Part shown: positions 12,101 through 17,490 of the stretch, one piece after another
How the letters are laid out: each line of letters begins with the position of its first letter
Numbering within the stretch: the stretch's first letter is position 1
Source: a virus
Taxonomy: Duplodnaviria > Caudoviricetes
IMG/VR virus record: IMGVR_UViG_3300035181_000748
Coordinates: 1-26,402 of that record
DNA: 26,402 nt
Direction: 5' to 3' (one strand)
Made by a program: the position numbers and the translations under genes
Notes under the pieces: model-generated
The model's input: only the letters and a program-made list of their open reading frames with translations
Told to the model about the DNA's origin: nothing
The model's database searches: none

Positions 12101-13124
12101 AACGATTCGCTTCCTGACTCAGATCGTTCCATTCATGAACGCGCGCTTGCAGGGGCTTTACAAACTTCGTCGCGCGGCGAAAGAAGACCCGGCACGATTC
12201 GCCATCGTGATAGGGGGCGTGGCGCTGGCATCGCTGGCGCTGCTGGCCGCATACGGGGATGACGACGACTGGAAGAAACGCGAGGATTGGGATCGGGATA
12301 ATTACTGGTGGTTCAAAATCGGAGATGTTGCATTCAGGATTCCTAAACCGTTCGAGATTGGAGCAATCAGCACGCTGGCGGAAAGAACAGCAGAGTATGC
12401 TTTTGATGATGAAATGAAGTTCAAACGATTCTCGGGGCTGGTGCTGAATAACATCGAGAATCAGCTTTCAATGAACCCTGTGCCGCAGCTATTCAAACCG
12501 ATCATGGATGTATATTCCAACCAGGACAGCTTCACCGGAAGGCCGATTGAAACGATGGGCATGGAACACCTGGCACCAGACTATCGCTTCAATCAAAATA
12601 CCAGCATGATCGGGCGCGGTATCAGCACCGCAGGTAATACCCTGACCGGAGATCATTTCTTGTCTCCCGTCCAGGTAGATCATTTAATCCGGTCGTACTT
12701 TGGCTGGCTGGGCGCATCCGCCGTCGGCATAGCAGATATTGCGGTTCGCTCCGCCAGCAACGAGCCTACACGGCCTGCGCTGGACTATTGGAAAACAATT
12801 ACCGGAAGCATGGTTTCAGAGTTGGAAGGCGCGCCAAGCCGATACGTGACAATGATGTACGATCAGGCGCGCGAGATCGAGCAGGCGTATGGAACATGGC
12901 GCGAACTCATGAAGGAAGGTAAGCAAGAAGAGGCGGCGGCATACCGCGCCGACAATCAGGATGAACTATCAAGGTACAAGCGAGTCGAGGCGATCAAGCG
13001 CCAGGAAACGATGCTCAACAACCGCATCAAGTTTATCGAGCGCAGCGACCTGGATTCGGATGAGAAGAAGGCAAGGATCAATGCGCTACGTCAACAACAG
13101 GATCAGGTTGCCAGGAGGTTGTAG
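24..13124 (+). CDS. Giant DarB-like phage polyvalent protein (N6-adenine MTase + SNF2-type helicase + zincin-like x2 + ART-like + GNAT-like + LPD38-like); probably 5'-truncated by the window
   Basis: 4366-codon ORF whose frame stays open back to base 3. MTase motif I VLEPSVGVGNF (2514-2546) and motif IV NPPF (2718-2729). Helicase motifs HVVGAGKT (4596-4619), DEMH (5091-5102), ATGTPISN, GAGTNVQ and WRPSDLEQREGRIIRRGN. HELGDH (8520-8537) and HEAIGH (9570-9587). TPAFKKWFGDSKVVD...GYDGV...YVAFHPNQIKSATGN (7908-8420). KRAGIGAKIV...GFWRKVG (~10290-10400). DRDNYWWF...RIPKPFEIG (~12290-12365). Confidence 0.93.
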   Translation: MARPAGDGNGVGGTAGRGVAGGGTSASSGVTADNAANPVANQTTAQNTISPVQQHKPVVNQTEPITPPPQQHGAPDAVIKPASQSAGEQAPIITPDRRAQGAQEKPAKTSSPRQKVSVDTSRHTLLQAIAIKGVDATDPLANDLRKSLGLSDGKNMRVNIPGHPPMWLFRKNGKRLDTIAGELSQSGERYLDAHDRQEMLDKLYDNPDHMTPEGTATKAQREYEAEQADHQAGSKERFESTIATHDIYDETTDAEWENILEDGRLMSAEEADKFFAEPAENQEHGNDQQRTAQEARKNDAGGIAENGTSGAQETGGKAFGLAGQTNEEINAAAQAEHEAEIAKIKAERDAANKRAKEAEEQLKADNTSNGNAADAFSMTQPEPVSKAQQKAIDKKKAETELVGQSDLLSQSNAPTSNQSEFEKIGMVRSGDSWRWKGNVDGDAYDSVTVRPWKGGFTVTTGGYFNSPLGGNALPTKEIGTFKTESEAVSAAKEQIASKQVAKEDHTGQPSISATENNPTDAAKSEFSTLERDLISKAHDKEYDGDVGVVVGGGKVKFVPIEDAIDAAKKAIASGVKAVPFQIHNATGIRIGDVPLVLEKVGAEFESTTKESQNANSLQTKHVSQRASGEDQSYVADGHRDSQPMGAGLAEHGQGLDHNRGVSGSTQGAGTRGNQGETGARAEPSTELGEGRVVRPESEPASGVNRHETTTEEGTDHVIDADEIGKGGLGKKYRDNIAAIKILNTIEADGRDATPEERKALSKYVGWGAMKGLFDPNNKTWAKQHDELKELLTDEEFRAARASTLDAHYTSPEVVNSMYDALSRLGFKSGRVLEPSVGVGNFFGLMPREMRNSSQLYGVELDSLTSRLVSALYPKAKIAKATGFQDFEIPSEYFDVVIGNPPFGSYPLVDKERSPYSGFSIHNYFLAKSIDKLRPGGIMAVVVSHNFLDAQDSRVRKWIGERAGLVGGVRLPNTAFKDNAGTEVVTDILIFQKHDKDGLPDSIAPWQDVVGQININPKTGEHATHNVNQFFVANPQYVLGKPSAGGTMYSANEYTVEQDGDIKNALAKWAKALPENMFDNIDRASDAAVVDMAVPDGIKIGSYYVDANGKVMQRGNDLMGNKTAVAWEPRFDSQVGRMKGMIAIRDALRKQMRLERSVDATEQDIEANRAELNRLYDDFFKKYKHLNSTTNRSVFLDDPESHLIQGLEFDYDKGIGKATAEKEGIEQREASATKADIFRRRVSFPPNDHMTVTTAKDALLASLNYRGKVDPAYMSEVYGKPMDEIVKELGDVVFDDPQSGIVTADEYLSGDVKTKLDEAKYAAQDNAKYRRNVEALEKVIPKDKTPSEISVSIGASFVPADVYEQFVKHISGGSATASYIKATGQWLMAFNAGNDPSLNTGRFGTSDMSAQDLFQLTMMGRGAVVKKTMRNSDGSTTTILMEKETEAAREKQNAIKAEWQKWLWQDPERADRIASIYNDKMNRIVGRKYDGSHMSFPGMNPSYSLLAHQKNGVWRGLQTYQVLYDHVVGAGKTFEMATLAMEMRRLGIARKPLVVVPNHLTLQFRSDFTRLYPGSDILVAAPEDFSKDNRERLFAKIITGDWDAVVIGHSSLKKIGLPEKTELAVLQEQISELTDSIEDMKRARGDKRITADMERIRKNLDAKMRDKLAAVGKRSKMVTFDELGVDAMFIDEMHEFKNLAYNTTMDRNPGMGNPAGSAKAFDLFVKTRWLFDTFGDKTPFITATGTPISNSLVEMFNMQRYMQYPTLKRQGLNVFDAWAKQFGSVENVYEVSPSGSGYRQSTRFAKFTNLPALMSLYNTFADTVTLDDLKAQEEAQGNRFPVPKMVGGRPVLVVAKRSPSVAALMGVPEAQTDEAGNILFGANLDSDIQIKQDEKSGKWTAKVGDARLGTFETEEDARLKVVESALTPVVSVDSESILGRFANLRQLTKETKGRVNALSLTGEANKAGLDYRLIDPKAPDFPGSKINLAVDNMMRIYKQWDADKGTQLVFCDLSIPLSARSSYSNKSRRLYVRDEARGIEMKRGTMHAMPGHEDLPYFVVQRGDKESKRFDVYDAASGLRLQSDFRSKQDAIDAAIGFLSDEDKRQKWINAREATGEIEQGEIDEYNNENDIDVDDPSMFFTRDDVAGVSGSAKFSVYDDIKAKLIAKGVPEHEIAFIHDYNTPTAKDKLFKAVNHGGVRFLLGSTPKMGAGTNVQERLVGLHHIDAPWRPSDLEQREGRIIRRGNKLYERDPENFEVFIGRYATEQTYDTRRWQILEHKARGIEQLRNYDGTLNEIDDIEGEAANAADMKAAASGDPLILEETKLRTDVRRLENLQAAYADEVLSMTRKSRSAQEYADKSGPAFVREIRESIGTTAKHPVDKDGFAPISVQGGKALSDKDAANKALASVFENVRSHMIDTASIQYRGLEFELKHVSGNVIMYTPTGIGGTWGATDTFSPSGMVQRLKNYIDRLPAMLDDTLAGIEKSKKDAASMRELAKQPFPQAADLERAREAHKKVQRALMAKGPEVPDEQKAAVVSGIEQQKAKLRELGFGDALNELSGSAKYSRSATLARNPHTESTLRDAINSSFPGTKNFADSLIATGKFHIIGSEDIGKHLGQGANFSKASQTDTPAFKKWFGDSKVVDSDGNPLVVSHFTDADDISVFDRGRLGSNTESNTDQEQASKMARLGFWFSDSDIRYTHDRGRGVFADNKIDAFLAISHPKEYATFDEMWHESDSYETAKEWRTKLEHDGYDGVVVRDDNELGGTSYVAFHPNQIKSATGNIGAFDQTNHDIRYSKDGRILAFVKNGETFFVHDNISQTDDSVKGLLLHELGDHALMLGRTDAEFKNILRQFKMMGNAGNEKVIEAQARVPEGTPAHFVDEESLGYFLEANPELPFSQRVIAWFRDALRKLGEKLKGIQKLQWIQWANRLNESDIVYMATQATRGATATLRNSQDNSGKGVPLFSKQAQNDHYEVQPDAARNLPIDGAELTALRRAAAGIEAAERGITFTVNADGRAIVTGPARVKVPARFRRFANDHGLTLVVQRSYGPFVNSNTPMPIAYREAGALYFGEIGENHLDRTGKTRFSKPDQENKARAFDGNGMTAAAVRAEISPILAKWKHGNIQVVQSISELPDSLQREVHAVGAEGDMEGVYVGNGTVYMVADHLQNARRVHEVLAHEAIGHLAAEELTDQADYQRAINSVQTLDRIGNKTIRALGDAVDERQPGLSAKSRAKEIMALAVERGSYRDIPLLQKAITSIVSWVKARLRAMGLNTKWVNSMSEGEVFSMLRQGERRLESEKTGKDGAVSGAAMASRGGVDGIIRRLKWKDSAVLNGLPSYRGDGFSIFATTEIPHEDDFQTHPYALHWGHIAQIPEGSKPYQFTIRGEKGVGAIGDMKADVDGNGNIVAIHDINIYGKRAGIGAKIVASIAANSPSPIKIVEAIPQSQGFWRKVGLNELDDKNTGYISATDAARYILGHERRTAQGFKEGVNRVPTDAGAEGVYREGIETGEVSPEEAGKYQFSRSSIIGASGRAYTPEQLAAMERTGSVVTKKTIQETIKSLWQDAGKKLAQGVFDQFRPVRDLSSHAYTLMRLSKGAPGAFEAFMHHGKLSLRDGAYDADTSGGVMEKVFYPLGKESTDFLRWVAGNRAERLATEGKENLFTPDDIAAFKSLATGDTDFDYTLPNGNVTRNRMLIYRDSLRKFNEFNKNVLDMAEQSGLIDPESRHLWEHEFYVPFYRTVDDNDGGVRGMNIKQGVVRQEAFKKLKGGDEKLNDLLANTLMNWAHLIDASAKNRAATATLQAAVKVGAARLALAGDKKTVWHMSGGQKVEYKVDDPYLLDAISSLEYAGLRGPAMDAMSTMKHWLTVGVTASPFFKVRNLIRDSIQSIATADMGYNPLSNVIKGYKLTDRAAQEYVSALAGGGLIRFGTMLEGNEASRVRQLIKQGASDQHILDSESKLRAFYDKYAEPLISAYEELGNRGEEINRMALYDSLISKGVDHATASLMARDLMDFSMRGTWGTIRFLTQIVPFMNARLQGLYKLRRAAKEDPARFAIVIGGVALASLALLAAYGDDDDWKKREDWDRDNYWWFKIGDVAFRIPKPFEIGAISTLAERTAEYAFDDEMKFKRFSGLVLNNIENQLSMNPVPQLFKPIMDVYSNQDSFTGRPIETMGMEHLAPDYRFNQNTSMIGRGISTAGNTLTGDHFLSPVQVDHLIRSYFGWLGASAVGIADIAVRSASNEPTRPALDYWKTITGSMVSELEGAPSRYVTMMYDQAREIEQAYGTWRELMKEGKQEEAAAYRADNQDELSRYKRVEAIKRQETMLNNRIKFIERSDLDSDEKKARINALRQQQDQVARRL
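880..1011 (+). CDS. Putative overprinted 43-aa basic helical protein (+1 frame within the giant ORF)
   Basis: SD CAGGAG (867-872) lies 7 nt before ATG 880. Product MISKEQRKRLEKMTPEELRRTALLALKKRAAKRLALQGKPTKK. Confidence 0.55.
   Translation: MISKEQRKRLEKMTPEELRRTALLALKKRAAKRLALQGKPTKK
1861..2175 (+). CDS. Putative overprinted 104-aa protein (+1 frame within the giant ORF)
   Basis: SD AAGGA (1848-1852) lies 8 nt before ATG 1861. Product MQTLYKPSMYPKELREKINHMSQTAIEIANRWALGWPSTVKDLITTGEYLEALKEQE... has normal globular composition, while the host frame is G/S/R/E-rich and disordered-looking over the same span. Confidence 0.72.
   Translation: MQTLYKPSMYPKELREKINHMSQTAIEIANRWALGWPSTVKDLITTGEYLEALKEQEREEIKVKLEPGLNHLPSWEKAELYGLSQNPPAASIDTRPLPKKEQTT
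10471..10575 (+). CDS. Putative overprinted 34-aa peptide (+1 frame) directly after the GNAT-like module
   Basis: MREERRKASKKASIEYQLTPEQKAFIEKELKPEK*. TATATT lies 7 nt upstream of the ATG (possible leaderless start); no good SD. Confidence 0.4.
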   Translation: MREERRKASKKASIEYQLTPEQKAFIEKELKPEK

Positions 13125-13136
13125 CTATAGAATCGG

Positions 13137-13181
13137 ATGGGGTGCTTTGTTACTTTAATTTTACGGATAGTTGCACCCCAT
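13137..13181. terminator. Inverted repeat between converging operons (possible bidirectional terminator)
   Basis: ATGGGGTGC (13137-13145) / GCACCCCAT (13173-13181) around a 27-nt AT-rich loop; no U-tract on either side. Confidence 0.35.
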
Positions 13182-13226
13182 AGCACGATGTCAATTGGAA
13201 CCGCTGGCGAGATTATATCCGCGACT

Positions 13227-13538
13227 CTATGGCACGGAACAATAGCTCCTGATTGTATTGTCTATGCGCATAAGCAGATTTTCGGTGTCTTGCATCACCT
13301 CATACATGGTTTCTGACATATAATCTTCTCCATCGCTGTCGTGCCTACATTCTGCTTCGTCATGTACCTGTTCTACATATTTACGTGCGTCGATCAACTC
13401 TTTTAGCGTATCTTGTAGAATAGTTCGAGTCTCTTGCAGAAGAGGCTTGTTCCCCATATTAAGGAATTCTCTGCCTAGCTCAAGCAGTTCTCTGCCCATA
13501 TCAAGTGTTTTCCTGCTATGCTCAATACATTCCTTCAT
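13227..13538 (-). CDS. Hypothetical helical protein
   Basis: 103-aa ORF, last of the leftward operon, amphipathic helical composition. Confidence 0.65.
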   Translation of the reverse strand: MKECIEHSRKTLDMGRELLELGREFLNMGNKPLLQETRTILQDTLKELIDARKYVEQVHDEAECRHDSDGEDYMSETMYEVMQDTENLLMRIDNTIRSYCSVP

Positions 13539-13567
13539 TACGTCGTCTCACGAAACAAACGCTACTA

Positions 13568-13849
13568 TTACGAAACGACGACCCAATCGTCGGAAAGCAT
13601 ATCTGTCTGACTGGCAAGCCAACCTGGCAGCATTGCTCTGCGCCCTTGCGCATTGGTTGTCCACATATCAATATGGGGCAGAATTTCACAACTATCTGTT
13701 TGCAGGGCATGGTAGTACGATGAGTTTTTGTTTAGTTTCGCATCCGGCGTTCCTGAAACAAGAATAAGCCACATGTCTTTTCCGTTCCATCCACTGCGTG
13801 CCACTTTCTTGCCGGATTTAAGTGCCTCAATAGCTTCGCCAAAGTTCAT
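13568..13849 (-). CDS. DUF2829 / Tad2-like (Thoeris anti-defence 2 family) protein
   Basis: MNFGEAIEALKSGKKVARSGWNGKDMWL...PGWLASQTDMLSDDW matches the DUF2829 signature. SD AGGA precedes ATG 13849. Confidence 0.85.
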   Translation of the reverse strand: MNFGEAIEALKSGKKVARSGWNGKDMWLILVSGTPDAKLNKNSSYYHALQTDSCEILPHIDMWTTNAQGRRAMLPGWLASQTDMLSDDWVVVS

Positions 13850-13936
13850 AGTAATTTCCTTTCTATTGTTCCTTCTGAGTGAGCAGGAGGATAACTCGTC
13901 ATTACTCAGCCAACGCTTAAATTCCATCCTACCAGA

Positions 13937-14227
13937 TTAAAGCGTTGTTCGCTCCAGAGAATATTCGATGAAGTCAAGCGCGTCCTCTAGTGCAAGAATA
14001 TGATCTTGAAGATCGAAAAACAGCGGAGGATATTCGTCTGAAAAAATGTGATCTTTCGCCTTGAATGGTGGAGTGTTAGGCGCCATTACTGGATACAACT
14101 TTACGTTCACCAGTTCTGCAAGTTGTCTTGCTCTATGTACTAAATGTTTTGTTAATGCTACTACATCTGTTGCTATTGATGAGTGTTCATCATGGTTGCG
14201 GATAGTAGTGTTGATTTTTTGATTCAT
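13937..14227 (-). CDS. Hypothetical protein
   Basis: 96 aa; SD AGGAG upstream. Confidence 0.75.
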   Translation of the reverse strand: MNQKINTTIRNHDEHSSIATDVVALTKHLVHRARQLAELVNVKLYPVMAPNTPPFKAKDHIFSDEYPPLFFDLQDHILALEDALDFIEYSLERTTL

Positions 14228-14247
14228 TCTATTTTCTCCTGGTTAGA

Positions 14248-14715
14248 TCAATGCTGAGGCAACTTACTCAACCAACGCTTAACAGCAGACTCAACGTCTT
14301 TTTTTGCTTCCGCCGATGTTGAGAATCTAGTACGCCCTGTGACTCCTGGAAGTTTGCACGAGGCTACGTACTTGAGCGTATCATCTCGGGAGCTAAGACC
14401 GTCGTATTCTACGTAGCCAACAGCCCACGGCCCAAGATACAGCGCTTCTCCACTCGAATACTGAGATGTGTCTTTTTTCCATTCCATTTGACTCTCCTTT
14501 GTTGTTTGTGTCTTCGCATCAGGCCATTGCCCGATGTCACGGTACAATTGCTCTAGCTCACCGTCCCACGGAATGAACGCACGCACACTGTCATTCATTC
14601 CCCACTCTTGGCCGCAGCGCGTGCAGCAAACTTTCCGGCTTGTCGTGCTGAAAACCCGTTGCACCACGTAGCGATGCCCAACCAGCGCGCAAATTAGTTT
14701 CTTAAGCACTTTCAT
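14248..14715 (-). CDS. Hypothetical protein with N-terminal C/H-rich module (LICALVGH...CCTRC) and a second in-frame start at 14487
   Basis: ATG 14715 overlaps the upstream TGA and has SD CAGGAG. An internal AAGGAG precedes MEWKKDT (14487). Confidence 0.7.
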   Translation of the reverse strand: MKVLKKLICALVGHRYVVQRVFSTTSRKVCCTRCGQEWGMNDSVRAFIPWDGELEQLYRDIGQWPDAKTQTTKESQMEWKKDTSQYSSGEALYLGPWAVGYVEYDGLSSRDDTLKYVASCKLPGVTGRTRFSTSAEAKKDVESAVKRWLSKLPQH

Positions 14716-15023
14716 TCTCCTGTATATATTTTCCGCATTGTCTCCTGTTCTTCTGCGTATCTTTTCCACATTGCTTCTTGTTCCACGGCGTTCATCGTCG
14801 GAACGTCTATATCTCCGGTGTGCGTGGGATCGTTTTTACCATCCCAAAATCTCGCGTCCGTAATCTTTTCGCGCAAGTATGGATGAATTGCTCGGACGGC
14901 ATTCGATAGTTGATGCGTCATCACGCCGCACTCGCCAGTTATTTCCTCAATATCCTCATAAACGTGTTCCAACCTGGTGTGTATCCATCCCGTTGTCAGG
15001 TTACGCAGACGTTGTATGTCCAT
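14712..15023 (-). CDS. Hypothetical phage protein (MDIQRLRNLTTG...)
   Basis: SD CAGGAG 5 nt before ATG 15023; coupled to its neighbours. Confidence 0.75.
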   Translation of the reverse strand: MDIQRLRNLTTGWIHTRLEHVYEDIEEITGECGVMTHQLSNAVRAIHPYLREKITDARFWDGKNDPTHTGDIDVPTMNAVEQEAMWKRYAEEQETMRKIYTGE

Positions 15024-15024
15024 C

Positions 15025-15276
15025 TCATTCTCCTGAGTTATTTTGACGCGCTCTATATACACGCAAGCAATTTTTACATGCATTCGCAAGCGGCACATTT
15101 ATCGTCATGCGGTAGCCGGTCGGTACAGGTCTTCCGCATAGCGGGGAGCTGACATACCCAGCTTCTATCGAATGCAACTTGTCTTTCCCTTCTCCGGCCT
15201 CATAGACCAAGTGCAACTTCTGACCTCTCTTCACTTGTGCGTAAATCATCATTCTCTCCAGTGGTTGAGGCGCCAC
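15025..15276 (-). CDS. Hypothetical protein, possible zinc-binding (H...LCG...CKNC)
   Basis: 83-aa ORF packed in the operon. Confidence 0.7.
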   Translation of the reverse strand: MAPQPLERMMIYAQVKRGQKLHLVYEAGEGKDKLHSIEAGYVSSPLCGRPVPTGYRMTINVPLANACKNCLRVYRARQNNSGE

Positions 15277-15318
15277 ATTCGTTCTCTATCAGGAACGGTT
15301 GCAGGTTTTTCCCACGCC

Positions 15319-15573
15319 TTATCTATCAATACGCCTAAACTCAATGTGATTCACATCCAAATTATCACTGGCCTCTATTACATATCTTGGGATAGTCCTT
15401 CCTAGCGTAACCTCATCGAAGTCAGGAGACAGGGCCGTGTATTCAATTGCATCGGTGTAGTACATCATTTCGCACCGAATAACAATACAGCGCCCCATAA
15501 TAGCTCTGACTATGTTGGGGTGTGATTCTATTAGTTCACGGCTTATCTCGAACCGGCCTACTCGGTTGTTCAT
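15319..15573 (-). CDS. Hypothetical protein
   Basis: 84 aa; SD AAGGAG upstream. Confidence 0.75.
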   Translation of the reverse strand: MNNRVGRFEISRELIESHPNIVRAIMGRCIVIRCEMMYYTDAIEYTALSPDFDEVTLGRTIPRYVIEASDNLDVNHIEFRRIDR

Positions 15574-15624
15574 TTCATTCTCCTTTATGCTCGTCGCCGT
15601 AACCTTCTCATTGGACGCGGTGAT

Positions 15625-15909
15625 TTAACTCATGCGCTTCTTCGCTGTCGCTATCAGGCACTCCATCCGAATGTCTGCCAGAAGATTCGCCGTGATTCCG
15701 TGCTTCTTCATCACGGCGGACGCAGATCGCATAATATCCTCGAACAATACCAAATCGCTAAGCCTCGCCACTAGCGGATAGCGAATCATAAGGCCACAGT
15801 GCGGGCACCGGTCTTGGATACTTGGCGGACTCTGCGTCCGCATTACTTCGAGCGTGTCATCTACCCATTTACGCAAGTCTTTGTCGTCTTCAATGTGCAT
15901 TTCATCCAC
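15625..15909 (-). CDS. Hypothetical protein with CPHC motif
   Basis: 94 aa; overlaps the upstream stop; exact start (GTG 15909 or ATG 15900) uncertain. Confidence 0.7.
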   Translation of the reverse strand: MDEMHIEDDKDLRKWVDDTLEVMRTQSPPSIQDRCPHCGLMIRYPLVARLSDLVLFEDIMRSASAVMKKHGITANLLADIRMECLIATAKKRMS

Positions 15910-16132
15910 CTAATGTAGATATATCTGGTAGATCAATCTCAACCGGCTCACGGGTGTCAATTCCGCAGCACCGACCAACCAGCCCAATTCTTCCGCATTG
16001 TGTGCATTTCCACATAGCTCGTTCGCTTGCTTTGTCGCATGGTTGATCATTACTCAGCCAGCGCTTAATGCCATCCGATCCGATGTACCACTTCGGCGTT
16101 CCAGCAAACTCTGTTTTATCTTTGATTTTCAT
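15902..16132 (-). CDS. Small Cys-rich hypothetical protein (CTQC...CCG)
   Basis: 76 aa; ATGA overlap with the upstream gene, SD GGAGG. Confidence 0.7.
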   Translation of the reverse strand: MKIKDKTEFAGTPKWYIGSDGIKRWLSNDQPCDKASERAMWKCTQCGRIGLVGRCCGIDTREPVEIDLPDISTLGG

Positions 16133-16377
16133 GAGGCCCCTCCGGTAACGGCATTCAGGCGGTGTGTCACACTACAACTGCCGTATCCGTCTTTTGGGTA
16201 CATATCCATTTCCTTAACGTCGCCTATGATGGGGTGTTTGTTTAAGCAGGAAGCCAGCGCCTGCTCGGCGACATCGGCGCGGTGGACTGCACGGGTAATC
16301 GCATGCTTATCTACCAAGATAACTAAATCCAGCACTATACAGACTAGCAACATCCAATCATTCTGATTTATTTTCAT
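16129..16377 (-). CDS. Small protein with N-terminal hydrophobic segment; paralog of 20250-20486
   Basis: MKINQNDWMLLVCIVLDLVILVD...RAVHRADVAEQALASCLNKHPIIGD. Confidence 0.7.
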   Translation of the reverse strand: MKINQNDWMLLVCIVLDLVILVDKHAITRAVHRADVAEQALASCLNKHPIIGDVKEMDMYPKDGYGSCSVTHRLNAVTGGAS

Positions 16378-16744
16378 GAGGGCCATCCGGCAAATGCATC
16401 CAGTGAGTAGGTTCGGTTTCCAACGAACAATACAAAATGTTGCATCCAAACCAACCAGCTTGTATGTGGATGGCACGCAGAATTTCTGCGCCACATGCTA
16501 CCAGCACAGGCTTCCCGTTTTCTGGCAATCTGTCGGTGACTGGCGTCCAGGCGCAAAGCATACGTAGCCGATTTATTTCGTCCATTGCTTCATCGGGTGT
16601 CACGCGCCGACCATCATCGTTCCGAATTGCCCAGCACGATAATGATCTGTCGTTTGCATTTGGATGTTCATTGCAATTTGCTAAGTGAATCATGCTAAAC
16701 CTCCGCGCTACTTTGTTGGCGTATATTTTCTTGTCGGGCGCCAT
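16358..16744 (-). CDS. DUF551 (Eaa-like) domain protein
   Basis: WTPVTDRLPENGKPVLV...PTHWMHLPDGP signature. Confidence 0.75.
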   Translation of the reverse strand: MAPDKKIYANKVARRFSMIHLANCNEHPNANDRSLSCWAIRNDDGRRVTPDEAMDEINRLRMLCAWTPVTDRLPENGKPVLVACGAEILRAIHIQAGWFGCNILYCSLETEPTHWMHLPDGPHENKSE

Positions 16745-16980
16745 CAGAACTGTCCTGGAAACGTCCTTCGCGTCATTATCCGGTTGTATTCTTCCACCTC
16801 AGCGCGCCCTATGAACAAAGGGCGCATGTACTCCTGATCTATCTTCTTGCCTTCGATATCAAGCGCCTGATCTCCGATCCGCACCGTTTTTAAGCCGCGC
16901 AAATATTCCGGCACTTCATTTTTCGTATGCGTGTTTCCGACGAAAACCTCGTCTGGTTGCGCGCCCGTGTAGTGGTTCAT
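16744..16980 (-). CDS. Hypothetical protein
   Basis: 78 aa; ATGA coupling, SD GGAGG. Confidence 0.75.
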   Translation of the reverse strand: MNHYTGAQPDEVFVGNTHTKNEVPEYLRGLKTVRIGDQALDIEGKKIDQEYMRPLFIGRAEVEEYNRIMTRRTFPGQF

Positions 16981-17219
16981 TGTTCCTCCGAGCTATCGGC
17001 TGGCAGGATATAATCCCCGAAGTCAATGATAGTTCGTTCGCGCACGCAATTATGGTCTGCATCATAAATTTCAGGAACCGTTACCACTATGCGAATATCC
17101 TCTCCGCACTCCTCGTAACCAGGCCAAACGTCTTTTGCCGTAACATCTGCACCGTACTTATCCAGTAGCGCCTGCAATTCGTCTGTGAATGCCTGTGTTA
17201 CTTGTTCCTTTGTCTGCAT
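16977..17219 (-). CDS. Hypothetical acidic protein
   Basis: 80 aa in the operon. Confidence 0.7.
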   Translation of the reverse strand: MQTKEQVTQAFTDELQALLDKYGADVTAKDVWPGYEECGEDIRIVVTVPEIYDADHNCVRERTIIDFGDYILPADSSEEQ

Positions 17220-17244
17220 TTAGTTCTACTTTCAATGTTCCCGC

Positions 17245-17490
17245 TTAACCAGCGAGTCTTTTCTCATCAATAAACGCCATCAACTCGTCCTGAACTCTCA
17301 GGAAAACCTCGTGCATGGCCGCCATCCTGGGGTGATCCAATATATAAACCGAGTCGCTCGTATGAACTCGCTTCGTTCTATTCTCATACTCACGAAGTTC
17401 GTTCTCCACGAAGCCTGGAGCTTGACCGCGCCACGCTTCTATCCATATGTGTGTCACCTTATAACTGCCGTATTTATCTCTTGGGTACAT
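17245..17490 (-). CDS. Hypothetical protein
   Basis: 81 aa; SD AAGGA; overlaps the exonuclease stop. Confidence 0.7.
   Translation of the reverse strand: MYPRDKYGSYKVTHIWIEAWRGQAPGFVENELREYENRTKRVHTSDSVYILDHPRMAAMHEVFLRVQDELMAFIDEKRLAG

Noticed and set aside
13141-13170. dif-like (XerCD) site
   Set aside because: Only GGTGC matches; the XerD arm TTATGTTAAAT is absent.
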